64,000 nt of DNA from Nitrosopumilus sp. Lineage in GTDB: Archaea; Thermoproteota; Nitrososphaeria; Nitrososphaerales; Nitrosopumilaceae. The notes under the pieces are model-generated. The model was not told the origin of the DNA, did no database searches, and saw nothing but the letters and a program-made list of their open reading frames with translations. The number at the start of each line of letters is the position of its first letter. Within the stretch, counting starts at the first letter, position 1. Position numbers and translations under genes: made by a program. Below are positions 60,145 through 64,000 of this stretch, in pieces. The stretch covers positions 576,001 through 640,000 of the forward strand of contig OZ242041.1 of NCBI GenBank assembly GCA_965205215.1, in the 5' to 3' direction.

Positions 60145-60380
60145 ACGCGCGCTAAGCATGTGAAGCGCGCTCGCGGCACGCGCGCTAAGCATGTGAAGCG
60201 CGCTCGCGGCACGCTGTGGCGCGCTAAGCATGTGAAGCGCGCTCGCGGCACGCGCGCTAAGCATGTGAAGCGCGCTCGCGGCACGCGCGCTAAGCATGTG
60301 AAGCGCGCTCGCGGCACGCGCGCTAAGCATGTGAAGCGCGCTCGCGGCACGCGCGCTAAGCATGTGAAGCGCGCTCGCGG
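60145..60380 (-). repeat. Seven 33-bp tandem repeats (acgcgcgctaagcatgtgaagcgcgctcgcggc) upstream of AbrB-like gene 3
   Basis: Directly visible; one unit has a 6-bp insertion; core on the minus strand is ttcacatgctt. Confidence 0.95.
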
Positions 60381-61115
60381 GCTGATGGCATTTATCTGCT
60401 ACCCCCTTCGCACATAACACAACACCTGAACGACGGCCAGCTCTTCTCCCGACACATTCCACATGGGGAGTCATCTTGGAGCGCCACGCGCTCACCCCCC
60501 CCAAGCTGGCATTCATCGTGGGCGCGCTGGGGGGGCTGGTCCGCCGGCGAAATGTCGCGCGTCGTGGGGATGGGGGGTTTCCCGCGCCCTCGTCGGTTCC
60601 CTCCGAGGTCGCTCAGTTGTCCCCCTCGGCCAGCAGGCGCCCCGCGCTCAGCTGTCAATTTCTCAAACATCTTCCAGCCCACACTCTTCCAGACGCGCGG
60701 TTGTCATTCAACACCCTCGCGCGCCGACGACCCGGATCGGGCAGGTCAACGGCGCCCCGCCAACTCGTCTTCCACATACGCGACGCGCCACCGGTATACC
60801 GCGCAGTCATTTCGCGGCATCCAACTGTCCGGATGTCCCTTTTTGGCAGACCCCTAGTTCCTTGCCCAAACTCGCCCGGAAGCACCAAAAATCACCGGTC
60901 GATTCTCCCAATGTACGCCGATCGCACTATGGCGACACGCACTTCGCGCACGGGTACGTTCTGGATCGGATCGTTCCAACCCCGTTCCCGGCGCAGACTT
61001 CCCGAGGCATCCGTGGTCCTACCGCCGTCAGCCAGCCAGATCACGAGACGTCTCTGGCACGTCCCGCGGCCGCCCTGGGCTCCGCCCAGGGCGGCATTTG
61101 CCCATCCTGTCTACC

Positions 61116-61237
61116 CAGTCGGCTCCGCCGACCCTAGGGGGGCTCCAGCACAGGCTCAGTCGGCTCCGCCGACCCTAGGGGGGCTCCAGCACAGGCTCAG
61201 TCGGCTCCGCCGACCCTAGGGGGGCTCCAGCACAGGC
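61116..61237. repeat. 41-bp tandem repeat x3
   Basis: cagtcggctccgccgaccctaggggggctccagcacaggct at 61116, 61157, 61198. Confidence 0.9.
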
Positions 61238-61249
61238 ATCGTCAATGTC

Positions 61250-61352
61250 TTCGACTTTGTAGACTTTGTAGACTTTGTAGACTTGGCAGGCAGGCAGGCA
61301 CAAGAGTCGACAATGTTGTCGACTTTGTCGACTTTGTCGACTTTGTCGACTT
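61250..61352. repeat. 9-bp iteron-like repeats (gactttgta / gactttgtc)
   Basis: Two runs of 3-4 copies; a related inverted motif lies at 46358-46390. Confidence 0.8.
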
Positions 61353-61466
61353 GAATCCACAAGGCCGGCTTTTCCACGGCGGAGTATATCCCTGATTGTA
61401 CGTCAATAGGAGATCAAGCCGCTCGAACAGTACATCCACAGGCCTGGGACAGCTCGCCCGTCACCA

Positions 61467-63824
61467 TCATTCGGATTCGACGACAACTATGACCCCGCTC
61501 TGTACGAGGAACTGTATGGACCGCACGAACGTGTCGTCGTCAATGGCGCCTTCGGCCCACCACCCGGCGCTGGCCCTCACCCACGTCGGTATCTTGCCCG
61601 CGCCCTCGGCGCCCCCGGCCTCGGTTGCCGGGATCTGTATGATTCCCTGGTCGATCATATACTGTATGGACTGTAGGAACGCGCCGTCGTCCAGCGCGCC
61701 CCCGGCCCACCACCCGGCGCTGATCTTTACCCACTCGGGCATGGACGCCTGGCCGGTCGCGGGCTCGGAAACGGTCGCGGGCGCGTCGTCCACGGCCGGC
61801 GGCGGTACGTTTGCGCCATCGTCCTCATCCGCGCCGTCCTCATCCGCGCCCGCGATAACCGGAGTCTTCGTATCGGCGTCCGCGCCATCCCCGTCCGAGT
61901 CCTTCACGGTGGCGGGCGGCGCCGGCGCCGGCGCGGGTTCTGGCTGCCTGTCCGTCACCTCGAACGTCACAATCCCGATCAGCCGGTTGTTCAGCGAGGC
62001 AAGCGCCTCGTACGTTCCGCGCGGGGAGTCCCTGTCCAGGGCAAGCAGCGCCTCAAAGTATCCGTCCTTGGTCGGATACACCAAGTTCCCGTTCGTCGTG
62101 CCGTCCGGATACGTGTACGTGATCGCTATCTTGTCGCCCTTCTTGACCTCTCCCGCCGTGCCCGAGATCTTTGCATACGTGGTGATGGCCGCGGGGCCCA
62201 CCACATAGACGTCCTGATCCGCGCCCACGTCGCCGATCTTCAGGGGGGGCGGGGGCGCCCCGGATCCGGGGACGGGCTCCTGCGGGACCGGAACCCGCTC
62301 CGTCTGGCCGGCCCGGGGCTCGGAGGTACTGGTCAGCTGGAACGAGGCGATCGAGTCTGCCAGCAGCTCCGAATACAGCTCAAACGCGGACACGTCCGAG
62401 TCTGCGATGACGTTCCATATGCTGTCGCCGTCGTGCAGCTCCGTCACCACCGTAACTGTGGGGTACTCGCCGGAAAACAGGGGATCGTCGTATTGGCGGA
62501 TGGACGAATACGCCACGGCGTAGACGGGCCGCCCCGACTCTTGTGCGTATACGTCGTGTGAAATCACCTCAAAACCATAACAGATCTGGCCGTCTACGGG
62601 GTAGGTCAGCCCGTTGCAGTAGTCCCGCTCATACCCTATGAGCGCGTCAAGGATCTCGTCGTCCGAGTACCCTGCATAGTCGCCGTCAAACAGGAATACG
62701 CTTAGTGCGGCAGTCCAGGCCTGATGATCGTAAAAGCTTACCTGGTGCGCCCCGTAAGCCTCGTCGTCCACGATCCACGTCGACGGGTACTGTATCGTGT
62801 ATCTATTCTGCGGGTCGACGAACAGGTTGTAAGAGTCGACTATGCCGGAGGGGTCCGCATCCTGCAGCCTCACGGGAAAGGACTGGGACACCTCGTACGT
62901 CCTGGCCTCGGACACCTCTTGGAGCTGGACGGTTATCGTAGTCAGTGGGCTGCTCTGCACGTCGTGCGTGACGATCAGCAGCCCGCTGTCGCCTGCCACG
63001 CCCTCGCAGGTGGAGCCGTACTGGAGGTAGCCCTCCCCGAAGCAGGAGTCGTCTGCATAGTAGTCAAACGGCCGGTTCTCGCTCCACTGGTCAAACGATT
63101 CCGGGCCGGGCACAAAGTACACGTCAAACCCGTATGCCGGGTCGTCGGTTGAGACGTGAAAGCTGAAGGAGGTGACCTGCTTTGTGGAGAATACCGGGAC
63201 GTAATGCCCGTAACCCTTTGCAGACGAGGCCTCGTACTCGACAATCCCGTACTCCTTGTTGAGGGCGACGGGGTACATGATGTCGTTCGGGTCGTCGACA
63301 TGCCCGTACCCGAGCACGTGCCCGATCTCGTGCGTCATTATTTCCGACACGTAGTTGGCCGAGAACGGGTTCCATTGGTCCAGGTAGTTGCTGTCCCCCA
63401 GGCCGACCTCTATGAAGTGGGAGCCGAGCGCGTACCCGACGTGCTCCACGCCGAAGTCCTTTACCCACGATACTTGGAAGTTTGCCTGTGACGGATCATT
63501 GACCTCGTAAAACTCCAGTCCCGGAACCCGCTCCTCCCAGTATTTGGTCGACTCGTACATCACGTTTGACGCGTACGACGCCCAGTCGGGCAGGTCGTCT
63601 ACGTATACGTACAGCTCGGTATCGCCGGCCTGGGCGAGCGCGGACTGGGCCGGGAAGACAGCTAGTATCCCCACCGCCACTGCAAGGGCCAAAAGCGGCG
63701 GCGGGCGCCTGCATACGGCCCGGGAGTCACCGCGGCGCACCTGGACGCCCGTCTTGTGCCGTACGTCGCATTCTCCGCCCTCAGCCAACCACAAGACCCA
63801 GAGTCCGCGCGCAGCGCAGCGCAA
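61467..63824 (-). CDS. Secreted matrixin-like Zn metalloprotease with PsbP-like domain and thaumarchaeal C-terminal repeats
   Basis: Signal peptide, HEIGHVLGYGH...IMYP (metzincin), YTIQYPSTW, two 'P.WV..SAGWWA.G..DD..F..SIQ' repeats. Start is uncertain. Confidence 0.85.
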   Translation of the reverse strand: MRCAARGLWVLWLAEGGECDVRHKTGVQVRRGDSRAVCRRPPPLLALAVAVGILAVFPAQSALAQAGDTELYVYVDDLPDWASYASNVMYESTKYWEERVPGLEFYEVNDPSQANFQVSWVKDFGVEHVGYALGSHFIEVGLGDSNYLDQWNPFSANYVSEIMTHEIGHVLGYGHVDDPNDIMYPVALNKEYGIVEYEASSAKGYGHYVPVFSTKQVTSFSFHVSTDDPAYGFDVYFVPGPESFDQWSENRPFDYYADDSCFGEGYLQYGSTCEGVAGDSGLLIVTHDVQSSPLTTITVQLQEVSEARTYEVSQSFPVRLQDADPSGIVDSYNLFVDPQNRYTIQYPSTWIVDDEAYGAHQVSFYDHQAWTAALSVFLFDGDYAGYSDDEILDALIGYERDYCNGLTYPVDGQICYGFEVISHDVYAQESGRPVYAVAYSSIRQYDDPLFSGEYPTVTVVTELHDGDSIWNVIADSDVSAFELYSELLADSIASFQLTSTSEPRAGQTERVPVPQEPVPGSGAPPPPLKIGDVGADQDVYVVGPAAITTYAKISGTAGEVKKGDKIAITYTYPDGTTNGNLVYPTKDGYFEALLALDRDSPRGTYEALASLNNRLIGIVTFEVTDRQPEPAPAPAPPATVKDSDGDGADADTKTPVIAGADEDGADEDDGANVPPPAVDDAPATVSEPATGQASMPEWVKISAGWWAGGALDDGAFLQSIQYMIDQGIIQIPATEAGGAEGAGKIPTWVRASAGWWAEGAIDDDTFVRSIQFLVQSGVIVVVESE

Positions 63825-64000
63825 ATAAAGTTACCTTGGACGGGTTTCCACACGGCCCGCCGGGATCCTCGATGCGGCGCCCTGCCTGCCTTCCCGCGGC
63901 GGTGGCCCGTCAGCCCGCCCCGGAGGGGGGTGGTGCAATCTTGCGGGCGGCCAGGACCTCCCTGACGTCGGGGATCTCCCACGCGTACTGTATGTGGACG

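Larger units (their letters stand above)
25600..64000. mobile_element. Composite integrative island (defence plus plasmid/ICE-like backbone); right boundary not determined
   Basis: Three tyrosine recombinases, abrupt GC shifts, RM/TA/Ubl cargo, ParM-like and VirD4-like genes, many repeats. Confidence 0.7.

Noticed and set aside
60145-60380. Possible CRISPR array (33-bp units)
   Set aside because: Units are contiguous with no unique spacers, and no cas genes are in the window.

Overview
GC-rich archaeal DNA most consistent with an ammonia-oxidising thaumarchaeon (Nitrosopumilaceae/Cenarchaeum-like). This is inferred from SlaA-type S-layer proteins, a thaumarchaeal cytochrome b/Rieske pair, a ThiS-ThiF fusion and a C-terminal 'W-x-K/R-x2-AGWW' surface domain. 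Left part (1-25.6 kb): two convergent S-layer genes with near-identical 3' ends (about 1.8 kb inverted repeat) bracket a 16 kb block of mostly core genes (Lrp, ctaB, petB, Rieske, ThiS-ThiF, thrC) plus a tnpB-only element. The right copy is an intact 2469-aa ORF with a ~940-aa Ig-like insert, but its first ~9 codons look decayed, as expected for a silent antigenic-variation cassette. Right part (25.6-64 kb): a composite integrative island. It carries three tyrosine recombinases, an AT-rich Ubl/E2/JAB-E1 (Bub-like) ubiquitination operon, a MORC-histidine kinase plus response regulator, two C5 methyltransferases, a putative REase, Vsr, a MORC-nuclease, RelE toxins and a DNA-reader/nitrilase fusion. 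It also carries a ParM-like actin, a VirD4/HerA-like ATPase, three AbrB-fold paralogs each preceded by a helically phased repeat array, and a periodic array of covarying 44-bp hairpins. All calls come from reading motifs by eye; no searches were run.
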